A DNA stretch of 50,257 nt, from positions 1 to 50,257 of IMG/VR virus record IMGVR_UViG_3300021090_000030; one strand, written 5' to 3'. This document shows, piece after piece, positions 1-7,352 of this stretch. The stretch's first letter is position 1, and each line of letters opens with the position of its first letter. Position numbers and translations under genes: made by a program. A model generated the notes under the pieces. The model searched no databases and was not told the DNA's origin. It worked only from the letters and a program-made list of their open reading frames with translations. Origin of the DNA: a virus (Duplodnaviria; Caudoviricetes).

Positions 1-12
1 AAGAAAATGGCG
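1..12. repeat. 12-bp terminal direct repeat (AAGAAAATGGCG), identical to 50246-50257; circular assembly overlap
   Basis: Exact match of first and last 12 nt; ORF and translational coupling continue across the join. Confidence 0.85.
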
Positions 13-429
13 TAGGAAGAACAGACGTGCGTGTCGGTATGCATCTATCTTGTGGGGGCTGCCTGCAACATACTCAAGATCTTTGTCGAGGACTTGTACT
101 CTAGATATGTCTCCTGGTACTTGGTACACTACCTGCTTGGGTTGTACTTGATTGATATAGCACATTGCTTCGATTATGCCGATGACTTGGGAGCTAGGGA
201 AGTCACTGCCTACCTGCTGCATAGCCTTGTGTGGAAAGAGTCTGAAGGCTTCTACAACGATGTAGTCATCTTCTTGGGCTTTCGTAAATATGTGATAGAT
301 GGTTGCTAGCCGTTCGTCCCAATCTATCTCGAACGAGTTCATAATTAGGAAGTCTAAGCCCTTATCGTCGACTGTCATACGACAAAAGCCCGTGACACGA
401 CCTGGATCAAACGCTAGGATATCCGCCAT
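1..429 (-). CDS. ruvC: RuvC-like Holliday junction resolvase (continues across the join to stop at 50213-50215; ~153 aa)
   Basis: Manual translation MADILAFDPGRVTG...YIVVEAF...HKIDAYRH; RNase H-fold acidic motifs (DPG, E, D); GGAGA SD upstream; missing from ORF track because it spans the end. Confidence 0.7.
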   Translation of the reverse strand, partial: MADILAFDPGRVTGFCRMTVDDKGLDFLIMNSFEIDWDERLATIYHIFTKAQEDDYIVVEAFRLFPHKAMQQVGSDFPSSQVIGIIEAMCYINQVQPKQVVYQVPGDISRVQVLDKDLEYVAGSPHKIDAYRHARLFFLRHFL

Positions 430-441
430 TTGGGTCTCCAA

Positions 442-479
442 AAGGGCTTCCCGGCCATTACTGACGTGGGAAGCCCTTC
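442..479 (-). terminator. Hairpin AAGGGCTTCCC...GGGAAGCCCTT, possible terminator or processing site
   Basis: 11-bp perfect inverted repeat between genes, short T run on - strand. Confidence 0.5.
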
Positions 480-518
480 TTGTACACTCGGTTCGGCTGA
501 GCCGGTGAGTTACGACGA

Positions 519-974
519 TTATTTCTTGGTCAGCACTCCTGCTAACCCACTGCGTGCTGCAGGCGCTACCGGGACGACTGGTGTGGTGACGGGAGTGTTG
601 AGGGCCTTCGTCTGAGCCTTGCGAGCCTTGCTCTTAGCCTGGTACGCCTTCATCTTATCGTAGTCGTAGCGTTGCTCGAGCTTGATGCCCTGACCTTCCA
701 AGTACTTCTGGACGGCAGCAAGCTTGTCGCCAGTGACGCGGATCACAAACGCCTTGCCAGCCGCACGTTCGCTGGTGTTGCGGACGCGGGGGGTGGACTT
801 GAAAGCCTCGAGGTCTTTCTTCACGAACATGAGGCGGCCTGTCGTATCGCTTGCCGCAAGGGTTCCGGCGCGGTGAAGCGTACGAACCCTCTGTTCGCCC
901 AGCTCCAAGAAGAGAGCTGCTTCCCGAATGTTCATCTGTTCGGGGAATTGGATTTTGGAGATATCGATTGCCAT
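519..974 (-). CDS. Xis/MerR-like HTH DNA-binding protein with basic low-complexity tail
   Basis: MNIREAALFLELGEQRVRTLHRAGTL motif; ATG at 974 with GGAG SD. Confidence 0.7.
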   Translation of the reverse strand: MAIDISKIQFPEQMNIREAALFLELGEQRVRTLHRAGTLAASDTTGRLMFVKKDLEAFKSTPRVRNTSERAAGKAFVIRVTGDKLAAVQKYLEGQGIKLEQRYDYDKMKAYQAKSKARKAQTKALNTPVTTPVVPVAPAARSGLAGVLTKK

Positions 975-1041
975 TGTAGGCTCCTTTTGTTCAGTCAGGT
1001 TTGGGTTCACGCTAAGCGTGGACTGATCGAACTATACTTCT

Positions 1042-1070
1042 ATTATAAAGCAATTTGTAGAATTTGCACG
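1042..1070 (-). promoter_or_regulatory. Sigma70-like promoter (TATAAT, weak -35 CGTGCA)
   Basis: ATTATA at 1042-1047 in AT-rich intergenic gap upstream of 974. Confidence 0.55.
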
Positions 1071-1085
1071 AGTTGAATTGTGTGA

Positions 1086-1130
1086 AACTAAAGTTAGTTA
1101 CTACGCCTAAACATAGTACTAAGATTAGTT
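1086..1130. promoter_or_regulatory. Two palindromic AACTAA-N2-TTAGTT boxes (1086-1099, 1117-1130)
   Basis: aactaaagttagtt and tactaagattagtt; same motif at 8185, 9139, 46191. Confidence 0.65.
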
Positions 1131-1325
1131 TCCGTCTCCTTTCTCCTCTTTGATGCCGAATATTCGTTTGATTTCTTTTAGCCCAGGATCGTTCTGGTTT
1201 GCTTTGGATACCACTTGTACGTGCTCCAGTATCCAAGTCACAACCTTCCAAATCTGTTGTTGCTTGTAAGCAACGTAGCCTATCGAAAGCAGTAGCAGTA
1301 ACATAGCGATCGCGAGTTCAATCAA
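1125..1325 (-). CDS. Small membrane protein
   Basis: N-terminal hydrophobic helix; coupled to upstream ORF. Confidence 0.65.
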   Translation of the reverse strand: MIELAIAMLLLLLSIGYVAYKQQQIWKVVTWILEHVQVVSKANQNDPGLKEIKRIFGIKEEKGDGN

Positions 1326-1326
1326 T

Positions 1327-1881
1327 TTATTTGCGCTCCAAGTCTATAGATTTTTCCTGCGCTACCTCTTCCATAATATCCAGGAAGTATGACAAGGCAG
1401 GTTTAGGTTTGTGTTTCAAGTCTCTGTGTGACCGTAGCTGGCGGAACAAGCGAATGAGTTCGTGTGGGTACGAATCGGCCAGCGCTCTAGTTTCGGTCCA
1501 CGATACAATCCAGTCCCACGCAACTACCGGATTGTTCTGTAAGTATTCGGTTAGCGTCTTTAGATGTATCTCGATCAAACGACGTCCTAGATCAGGATAG
1601 TGGGGCGTACCGTCCAACGAACGACGGTAGACATGTAGAGTCTTTAGGGTGTATAGGCAACGTTGAGCCCTAAAAGGTCTCTCCTCAAACCTAGCTGAGA
1701 CGAAGTACTCCTTCATAAGACCTAGCGTATCTGGTATGTAGCCCCAGTCGAACTTGCGTTTCAGAATCAACCAACTAGGTACATACACAATTGCATAGGC
1801 AGAATGATTCAGGAAGACCCTCTCCCCTGACCTTCCTGAATCAACAACTGTAATCTTGGAGCCGTGAGCTTTGGTAGACAT
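1327..1881 (-). CDS. Hypothetical protein
   Basis: 184 aa ORF in tightly packed operon. Confidence 0.7.
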   Translation of the reverse strand: MSTKAHGSKITVVDSGRSGERVFLNHSAYAIVYVPSWLILKRKFDWGYIPDTLGLMKEYFVSARFEERPFRAQRCLYTLKTLHVYRRSLDGTPHYPDLGRRLIEIHLKTLTEYLQNNPVVAWDWIVSWTETRALADSYPHELIRLFRQLRSHRDLKHKPKPALSYFLDIMEEVAQEKSIDLERK

Positions 1882-2399
1882 TACCTAACAGCTCCGTGGT
1901 TCTCGCCGTTTAGTATGTCATCAGCCTGCCGGTCGGCTATAGCGTTCTCAAGATAACGGGTTGTCATCTCAAGGACTTCGGTAGCCCACGAGTACATATC
2001 TGCCCCTTCCTCTGCAAAGTAGCCGTACTGCATCAAAGTAACAATTTCTTGGTCTGTGAGGCCTGCCGTTATATCAAGGTAACCTGTTGTCTGCTGACCG
2101 TATGACACAACCTTCTTATGTAGGATTCCCGCCTTTGGAAATGCAATAGGGTTGTCAACGTGCACCATCGTCCAATCGGTACGGATGCCTGACTTGAATG
2201 CGGGAGGAGTATAGCCAAGTTTGCACAGGGCGTGAATTTGCTCCAATACAGGGTCGTGCAGGATAATGGACGACGGATTCCCTGCCTTTACAACAATAAT
2301 CGCAGGGTCACTCGTCATCAAATGAAAAACGGGGGCTTCGTCGCTCTGCAATCCCTTTGAAAGAGGTGAGTCGTTTCCCCATACATAGTAGTGTGTCAT
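1881..2399 (-). CDS. Hypothetical protein
   Basis: 172 aa ORF, AGGAG SD, overlapping stop/start. Confidence 0.7.
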   Translation of the reverse strand: MTHYYVWGNDSPLSKGLQSDEAPVFHLMTSDPAIIVVKAGNPSSIILHDPVLEQIHALCKLGYTPPAFKSGIRTDWTMVHVDNPIAFPKAGILHKKVVSYGQQTTGYLDITAGLTDQEIVTLMQYGYFAEEGADMYSWATEVLEMTTRYLENAIADRQADDILNGENHGAVR

Positions 2400-2530
2400 T
2401 TTGATTCTCCTTTGTCATCGTATTTTCCGTTCATGATTCCTTCCCAGTCCCAATTGGTTGGTTTCTTGTCAGTCAACCTGACTAGGATGAGGATGATAAT
2501 GATTATGGTGCCTGCTGCTATAATTGACAT
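2396..2530 (-). CDS. Small membrane protein (44 aa)
   Basis: Manual translation MSIIAAGTIIIIILILVRL...; AGGAG SD; stop overlaps next start. Confidence 0.6.
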   Translation of the reverse strand: MSIIAAGTIIIIILILVRLTDKKPTNWDWEGIMNGKYDDKGESK

Positions 2531-2542
2531 ACTGACTCCTTT

Positions 2543-2755
2543 TTAGTTGTCTAAGTCAGCCATGTCGTCCATGGCTGCCGTAAAGTCTCGTGTGCCGTCT
2601 GACAAATCGTCGCCCACATTAGAGTCAATGGACATGAGGCGCCGTCCTGTCTTGGGCCTTGTCTTGGTAATGAAGAGGTATGTGGCGATAGCAGTTCCAA
2701 CAATCACTACTGGGTAGCATATGATTGAAAGAACTACCATCTCCATGAGGGTCAT
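2543..2755 (-). CDS. Small membrane protein
   Basis: One N-terminal TM helix. Confidence 0.6.
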   Translation of the reverse strand: MTLMEMVVLSIICYPVVIVGTAIATYLFITKTRPKTGRRLMSIDSNVGDDLSDGTRDFTAAMDDMADLDN

Positions 2756-3030
2756 GGACGGTATGCCCAGTATCCGATAACTAGGCCGCCACTCTTTCTG
2801 AAAGCATTCATGGCACCATTCTCATAGACTTCTATCGTGCCAATGTACTCTCCATCGCTTACTCCCATACGCCACTCAGACAACGTTGCTTTGTGGTCCT
2901 CACTCAAATGTTCCCAAACAACCTTAGAAATGCCGGCTGCCAAACACTTGACGCCACGAACACCCTCGTTTAGGAAGGCTCGATTGGCGAATTGGTTATC
3001 ACTCGTCTTCTGGTATGTTGTTGTGGCCAT
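2752..3030 (-). CDS. Hypothetical protein
   Basis: 92 aa, AGGAG SD, ATGA overlap. Confidence 0.65.
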   Translation of the reverse strand: MATTTYQKTSDNQFANRAFLNEGVRGVKCLAAGISKVVWEHLSEDHKATLSEWRMGVSDGEYIGTIEVYENGAMNAFRKSGGLVIGYWAYRP

Positions 3031-3373
3031 TGAGATACGCTCCTTTCAGGGTTGACGGTAGTATGGTACCAGCCACAATCTTCAGTTGTTCTAGATCGGA
3101 CGTGTACATAACTTCTTTCATGAGCCGGACCTCTTCAGGACTTGCGTAGAAGAACCACTTAGCCCTTCCATCATCACGTCGTGAAGCACGTCGATTATCT
3201 CGGTTGGCAAATTGGTCAAGCGCCTTCTTTGATATCATATGCTTCATGACACGTGAGCCTTTGAAGGTCGGCTCCATTGTGCTCGGTAGGTCACCCATAC
3301 GTATGGCCGTACGTACCCAGGCTTCCGTTACCTTTAGCTCTTTGGCTGCTTGCGGGATCGTGAACTTAGTCAT
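2999..3373 (-). CDS. Xis/MerR-like HTH protein with RxDGRxK C-terminal motif
   Basis: FTIPQAAKELKVTEAWVRTAIRMGDL; RRDDGRAKWFFY resembles 5583 and 6903 proteins. Confidence 0.75.
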   Translation of the reverse strand: MTKFTIPQAAKELKVTEAWVRTAIRMGDLPSTMEPTFKGSRVMKHMISKKALDQFANRDNRRASRRDDGRAKWFFYASPEEVRLMKEVMYTSDLEQLKIVAGTILPSTLKGAYLNGHNNIPEDE

Positions 3374-3690
3374 CGAACCTCGTCTGGTATGATAGTAACT
3401 TCGTTACGTGGGACAATAAGATAATCAAAGTCGTCGGAGTATATGTAGGCCCAGTCAGCCACCAACACTTCGCCGTTCTTGATGGCTATTGCGTAGCCGA
3501 ACATCTCTTCGTCTGGGTGTTCAGGGTGCTTGAACCTGACACGGTCGTGCATAACTATATGCTCGCCGTTAGGCTGTTCATCTTCGAGGTATGGCCACAA
3601 CGTAACTCTACAGCCGTCGTAGTCTTCTGGTATGTCAATGGGCTCAGGTATTAAGAACGCCTGTACCTCTTCGGGAGTTGCTTGTCTCAT
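3370..3690 (-). CDS. Hypothetical acidic protein
   Basis: ATG at 3690 after GAGGTGG SD. Confidence 0.65.
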   Translation of the reverse strand: MRQATPEEVQAFLIPEPIDIPEDYDGCRVTLWPYLEDEQPNGEHIVMHDRVRFKHPEHPDEEMFGYAIAIKNGEVLVADWAYIYSDDFDYLIVPRNEVTIIPDEVR

Positions 3691-3691
3691 G

Positions 3692-3994
3692 TTACCACCT
3701 CGCCACTTCTGCATAGAACGACCTTTCGATGTTGCGTAACGCCATCACTGCGATCTTCTCGCACAGGGCGTAATACTCAGCATCATCGTCGTCGATTGGG
3801 GCTTTGCGTCCTAAGATGCTACAGGCCATCTTACCAATAGGGTGGCTGACGCTGAAGTCTAACTGATGACGGTTCAGCGCGTCACTCTTCATTGCTTCGA
3901 ACAATGGTATCGCTACTTGTTTGATTAGACGAATGTTAGGTACCATGCTCAGCAATTCGTGCATATGTTTTGTGTCTGGGGTTTTGGTTGGCAT
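3692..3994 (-). CDS. Hypothetical protein
   Basis: 100 aa ORF in operon. Confidence 0.6.
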   Translation of the reverse strand: MPTKTPDTKHMHELLSMVPNIRLIKQVAIPLFEAMKSDALNRHQLDFSVSHPIGKMACSILGRKAPIDDDDAEYYALCEKIAVMALRNIERSFYAEVARW

Positions 3995-4000
3995 GTTATA

Positions 4001-4192
4001 TTACCTTATGGCAACGATCTTGCCGGTCACCCGGTCGACCATTGCATATTGGGATTCATTTACCGGCTTCAGGCTGTACAGCTCCCAAGTCTTCTTGGCA
4101 CCCTCTTTGCCTATCTCGCTCATGTGCTCAACGCCATGTTTGGCCACTGTGGCTTTGCCGCCTTTTTGGCCTGCTTTCTGTTTCGCGTTCAT
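4001..4192 (-). CDS. KGG-motif (GsiB/YciG-like) small protein
   Basis: AGQKGGKATVAKHGVEHMSEIGKEG matches KGG stress-protein repeat. Confidence 0.7.
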   Translation of the reverse strand: MNAKQKAGQKGGKATVAKHGVEHMSEIGKEGAKKTWELYSLKPVNESQYAMVDRVTGKIVAIR

Positions 4193-4440
4193 TTGAGTCC
4201 CTCACTGAAGTGTTCTATTTCTTTGTCGTCTTTGTAGACCGTAGTTGATACGGACATCTCTTCGACCTCGACTGTTGTCAGTTCGGCTCTGAAGTCTGTA
4301 TGCGTGACGATAGCGTCGTTGTACTGGTCAACTGACACCGTATGAATGACGATGTCAAACAAATCTAGGTTGGCACCCCACTGTTCTGCCTCGTCATACA
4401 GCTTGTCGAGGGCCTCGTGCATTGCCGCAGTTGCTTTCAT
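4189..4440 (-). CDS. Hypothetical acidic protein
   Basis: 83 aa, AGGAG SD. Confidence 0.65.
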   Translation of the reverse strand: MKATAAMHEALDKLYDEAEQWGANLDLFDIVIHTVSVDQYNDAIVTHTDFRAELTTVEVEEMSVSTTVYKDDKEIEHFSEGLK

Positions 4441-4742
4441 AATTGTCTCCTATTTCGTTCGCTGTCCATCTGGACGGCAAACACTAAATGGCCGTTGTCG
4501 TTACGGCTACCTTCTTCTACCCAGTGCGCCACACCTTCAGGGGTAATGCGTTTCAAATGTTTTGGATAGTGGTTCGCGAATAAAATTAGTTCGGCACCTA
4601 GTATCTTATGATATACTAGACTGCTGTGATACTCTTTCTCAGTCTTTAGTTTGCCATTCTTTATCCAACGTAGCACTGCAGCCCTGTCTCGGCCTACAAT
4701 GTTTGCTACTTCTTGAACGGTGTACAAAGTACCTGATGACAT
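4437..4742 (-). CDS. Excisionase-like HTH DNA-binding protein
   Basis: LYTVQEVANIVGRDRAAVLRWIKNGKLK. Confidence 0.8.
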   Translation of the reverse strand: MSSGTLYTVQEVANIVGRDRAAVLRWIKNGKLKTEKEYHSSLVYHKILGAELILFANHYPKHLKRITPEGVAHWVEEGSRNDNGHLVFAVQMDSERNRRQL

Positions 4743-4772
4743 GTGTCCCTTTCTGTTATTTATGATACTATA

Positions 4773-4801
4773 ATTATAAATTACGTTTACGTAATTTACA
4801 A
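4773..4801 (-). promoter_or_regulatory. Sigma70 promoter TTGTAA-17-TATAAT with a palindrome filling the spacer
   Basis: Near-consensus hexamers with 17-bp spacing; AAATTACGT-TT-ACGTAATTT at 4778-4797. Confidence 0.75.
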
Positions 4802-4860
4802 GATAGCTCTTTTTGTCTTTCTTAGATACATGATCATATACGATGATTTGACAAACTGTA

Positions 4861-5025
4861 TTGTGTTGTTGTTGTTGTATTAGTATTCTGTATTTTCCTA
4901 AAAATTCTGCCCCGTTGTAGATAAGCGTTATATCTTTGTAATATACTCATATCTCGTACGGGGCCAAAAATAGATAAATAAAATACAAGAATCCTACTGA
5001 ATACACAAACACAAACACAACACAA
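4861..5025. repeat. Long imperfect inverted repeat, GT-rich left arm and AC-rich right arm; candidate replication origin
   Basis: ttgtgttgt..tgtattagtattctgtatttt..gccccgt mirrored by acggggc..aaaatacaagaatcctactgaataca..acaacacaa. Confidence 0.6.
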
Positions 5026-5080
5026 GTGTAAAAATGGCCGGACGACCGTCATGCACGTCGTCCCTGCCCGCCGGTCGCCG

Positions 5081-5290
5081 TTAGTCTACGAACGCCTCGC
5101 CAATGAAGACTCGCCGCCCGGAGACCAAGCTAGTGAACTCGACCGCCCTGACTTGCTTCGTGACATGCTCGCCGTCCTCAATATGGCTGACGTAGAGTAC
5201 GATCACTTCATAGTTCTTGCCGACCGTCATTCTCTTACACCGTTCCAGTAGCTCCGTATCTGACGGGCCACTACGTTCAGACTTGGACAT
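5081..5290 (-). CDS. Hypothetical protein
   Basis: 69 aa, AAGGAG SD. Confidence 0.6.
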   Translation of the reverse strand: MSKSERSGPSDTELLERCKRMTVGKNYEVIVLYVSHIEDGEHVTKQVRAVEFTSLVSGRRVFIGEAFVD

Positions 5291-5343
5291 GTTGACACTC
5301 CTTCGTGAGTCCGGCCAACGGACTTCACACTAAAGCCCCTGTG

Positions 5344-5493
5344 CTACCGTCCGCAAGGGCCGCCAGGCAAACAACCGTTCAGCGAGCCCAGTATCCACGA
5401 GCCGTCTTCGAACAATGTAATGTGTGGAGCGACGAGGACAATTGTTGCGGCTAAGAGGATTATAACGAGCCAAAACGCTACTCTGTTCTTCAT
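5344..5493 (-). CDS. Small membrane protein (49 aa)
   Basis: Manual translation MKNRVAFWLVIILLAATIVLVAPH...; AGGAGA SD. Confidence 0.6.
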   Translation of the reverse strand: MKNRVAFWLVIILLAATIVLVAPHITLFEDGSWILGSLNGCLPGGPCGR

Positions 5494-5532
5494 GATATCT
5501 CCTTTCCTGATTCATCTTGTTAGTAAACCACG

Positions 5533-5565
5533 AATACCATCGAGCCTTGTTGACTCGATGGTATT
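5533..5565 (-). terminator. 12-bp perfect hairpin downstream of HTH gene
   Basis: aataccatcgag...ctcgatggtatt; poor U tract. Confidence 0.45.
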
Positions 5566-5582
5566 GGTAGCGCCTAACGATA

Positions 5583-5945
5583 TTACTCGATGGCGGCTTC
5601 GGTCTTCACGTTCGCGCGTGCGACGATGCCGGTGAAGGAACCTTCTGCGATCAAGTTCCGAAGGGCATCAGCCTCATCAGCGTTCATGTAGAGCACGAAC
5701 TTGTTGCGGCCGTCTTCTCGACGGGTGTGGCTGGCTGCAGCTGAGCGCCAGGCTTCGAAAGCCTCGACGGTGAACTCGCGCCGCAGCGTCTTGCTGTTCT
5801 CGGCTACAGGGACGAGCTGGCTGACCAGTGCGCCACTGCGAATCGCCTTACGAATGTATAGCGCGCTCAGACCACTCAGCGCGACGGCTGAAGCTATGGT
5901 CAGGTTGGCCTCATTGGCCTCGGATACTGCGTTCTTCTTGGACAT
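5583..5945 (-). CDS. Xis/MerR-like HTH protein, paralog of 6903-7229
   Basis: SGLSALYIRKAIRSGAL and REDGRNKFVLYMNADE; ATG at 5945 with AGGAGA SD. Confidence 0.8.
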   Translation of the reverse strand: MSKKNAVSEANEANLTIASAVALSGLSALYIRKAIRSGALVSQLVPVAENSKTLRREFTVEAFEAWRSAAASHTRREDGRNKFVLYMNADEADALRNLIAEGSFTGIVARANVKTEAAIE

Positions 5946-6124
5946 TGTTGTCTCCTTTTTTGTTGCCGGCATGAGCGGACCGGTGGCCGTTTGGGTCGAT
6001 CTTCTGCCCAGACGGCGCTTCAATACTTTTACGAAGCTGACGCATCATGATGCGCGTGTTCAATAAGACATTGAAACGCCGCTTGGAAAGAAGATGTATT
6101 TGGTTGGTAACGTTCTATGTTATT

Positions 6125-6191
6125 ATTATATAACATCTACAAGAATATTGAACGTGACAAAAGTACCATTTTTTACGTGACGTTTGTTCCG
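6125..6191 (-). promoter_or_regulatory. Early promoter: TATAAT plus two CGTGA-N6-(TCACG)-like boxes 23 bp apart
   Basis: ATTATA 6125-6130; ACGTGAC at 6152 and 6175; same offsets as promoter at 7286. Confidence 0.7.
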
Positions 6192-6227
6192 TAGCTGATG
6201 GATGAACAAACGTCACGCATATTATGG

Positions 6228-6401
6228 TTAGTCTTCCTTGGATTCTGCGTATAGGCGTACGTCGGTAAGGAGGTCTTGGGCATCATCGAAATCCCACCAA
6301 TACTCCTCGCCTTCCTGATGTTCACATTCCGCAATGTACTCCTCAGCTAGGGAGGCAGGAAAGTTTTTTCGTACAAGGGCTAACGCCGCGTTGCGTTCCA
6401 T
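6228..6401 (-). CDS. Small acidic hypothetical protein
   Basis: MERNAALAL... start at 6401 coupled to upstream stop. Confidence 0.6.
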   Translation of the reverse strand: MERNAALALVRKNFPASLAEEYIAECEHQEGEEYWWDFDDAQDLLTDVRLYAESKED

Positions 6402-6402
6402 G

Positions 6403-6540
6403 TTACACCTTCTGAATCTTGACTTGAACGACTTGCACTTTGAAGATGAGGCGCCGGAGGCCGTAGGTGGGATAGGCCCGCTGGCCCTTATCCGCTTCCT
6501 TGAGCATCTTCTGTATTTCATGTACCGTCTTAGTTTTCAT
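6403..6540 (-). CDS. Small basic hypothetical protein (45 aa)
   Basis: Manual translation MKTKTVHEIQK...; AAGGAGA SD. Confidence 0.55.
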   Translation of the reverse strand: MKTKTVHEIQKMLKEADKGQRAYPTYGLRRLIFKVQVVQVKIQKV

Positions 6541-6634
6541 ATCAGTCTCCTTACGTACAATGTTGCTGCAATTGGTTGATTATCCAGCGGCGCCACGTGG
6601 AGGCTTGCGTCTGCCGCCTTCCCCCTTGCTGATG

Positions 6635-6793
6635 TTATATGTGAGTGAAGATGAAGCCGAGGATGAGAGCTAGCGCGCCCAGAAGCGGAATTACGATCGC
6701 TGCGCCGCTCGGCGTCCGGCTGAAGTCATACTCGATCTTCTTCCCATTGACGATACCCCTATTGTTGTTCTGGTTGCTGGTGTAAGTATTCAT
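6635..6793 (-). CDS. Small protein with C-terminal TM helix (52 aa)
   Basis: Manual translation MNTYTSNQ...AIVIPLLGALALILGFIFTHI; AGGAGA SD. Confidence 0.6.
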   Translation of the reverse strand: MNTYTSNQNNNRGIVNGKKIEYDFSRTPSGAAIVIPLLGALALILGFIFTHI

Positions 6794-6902
6794 GATAGTC
6801 TCCTAAATTGAGCAGCTTTGATTTGGCGCAGAGTTTCGGATCTGCCTGCCTGACTGCCTTAGTAGGCTCTTCCCCCCTGCCTACCCGTCGGCTTCGCTCT
6901 TT

Positions 6903-7229
6903 TTACTCGGCTTCGGTTACTTTCTGATTCGTGCGTTGAAGCGTCGTAATGAAATCAGAATCTTTCAGAAGTTGCTGAATCGCGGCTTCTTCGTCGGCAT
7001 TCATGTACAAGACGAATTTGTTTCTGCCATCTTCACGCTTGCTGTGAGCGCCGCTGGATGCACGCCACGTTTCAAAGTCGCCTAAGTCGATCCAATTCTT
7101 CTCGATTTTCGAATCGCCGATCAGCTCTTTGGTTACCGGCAATTTGCCATGTGCGATCGCCTTTCGAATATATGAATTCGATAAACCACTGATTTCGATC
7201 GCTTCCTTGATACTAATTCTTTTGTTCAT
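6903..7229 (-). CDS. Xis/MerR-like HTH protein, paralog of 5583-5945
   Basis: ISIKEAIEISGLSNSYIRKAIAHGKL; REDGRNKFVLYMNADE; AGGAGA SD. Confidence 0.8.
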   Translation of the reverse strand: MNKRISIKEAIEISGLSNSYIRKAIAHGKLPVTKELIGDSKIEKNWIDLGDFETWRASSGAHSKREDGRNKFVLYMNADEEAAIQQLLKDSDFITTLQRTNQKVTEAE

Positions 7230-7285
7230 TTTAGTCTCCTAAACTATTTTGTTTTTCAGACGACGCTCGTCTGATTTATATAATT

Positions 7286-7352
7286 ATTATAATACACTAT
7301 CGATTTCATCATACGTGACGTTTGTTACGTTGTTGACGTGACGTTTGTTACG
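7286..7352 (-). promoter_or_regulatory. Early promoter: TATAAT plus two identical CGTGACGTTTGTTACG boxes 23 bp apart
   Basis: ATTATA 7286-7291; boxes at 7314-7329 and 7337-7352. Confidence 0.75.

Noticed and set aside
4437-4742. Excisionase implying a prophage or temperate lifestyle
   Set aside because: No integrase, att site or host flanking genes seen in the closed genome
4834-5052. 72-aa ORF across the inverted repeat
   Set aside because: Low-complexity translation (CVCVCV, TTTTT) of the repeat arms; no SD
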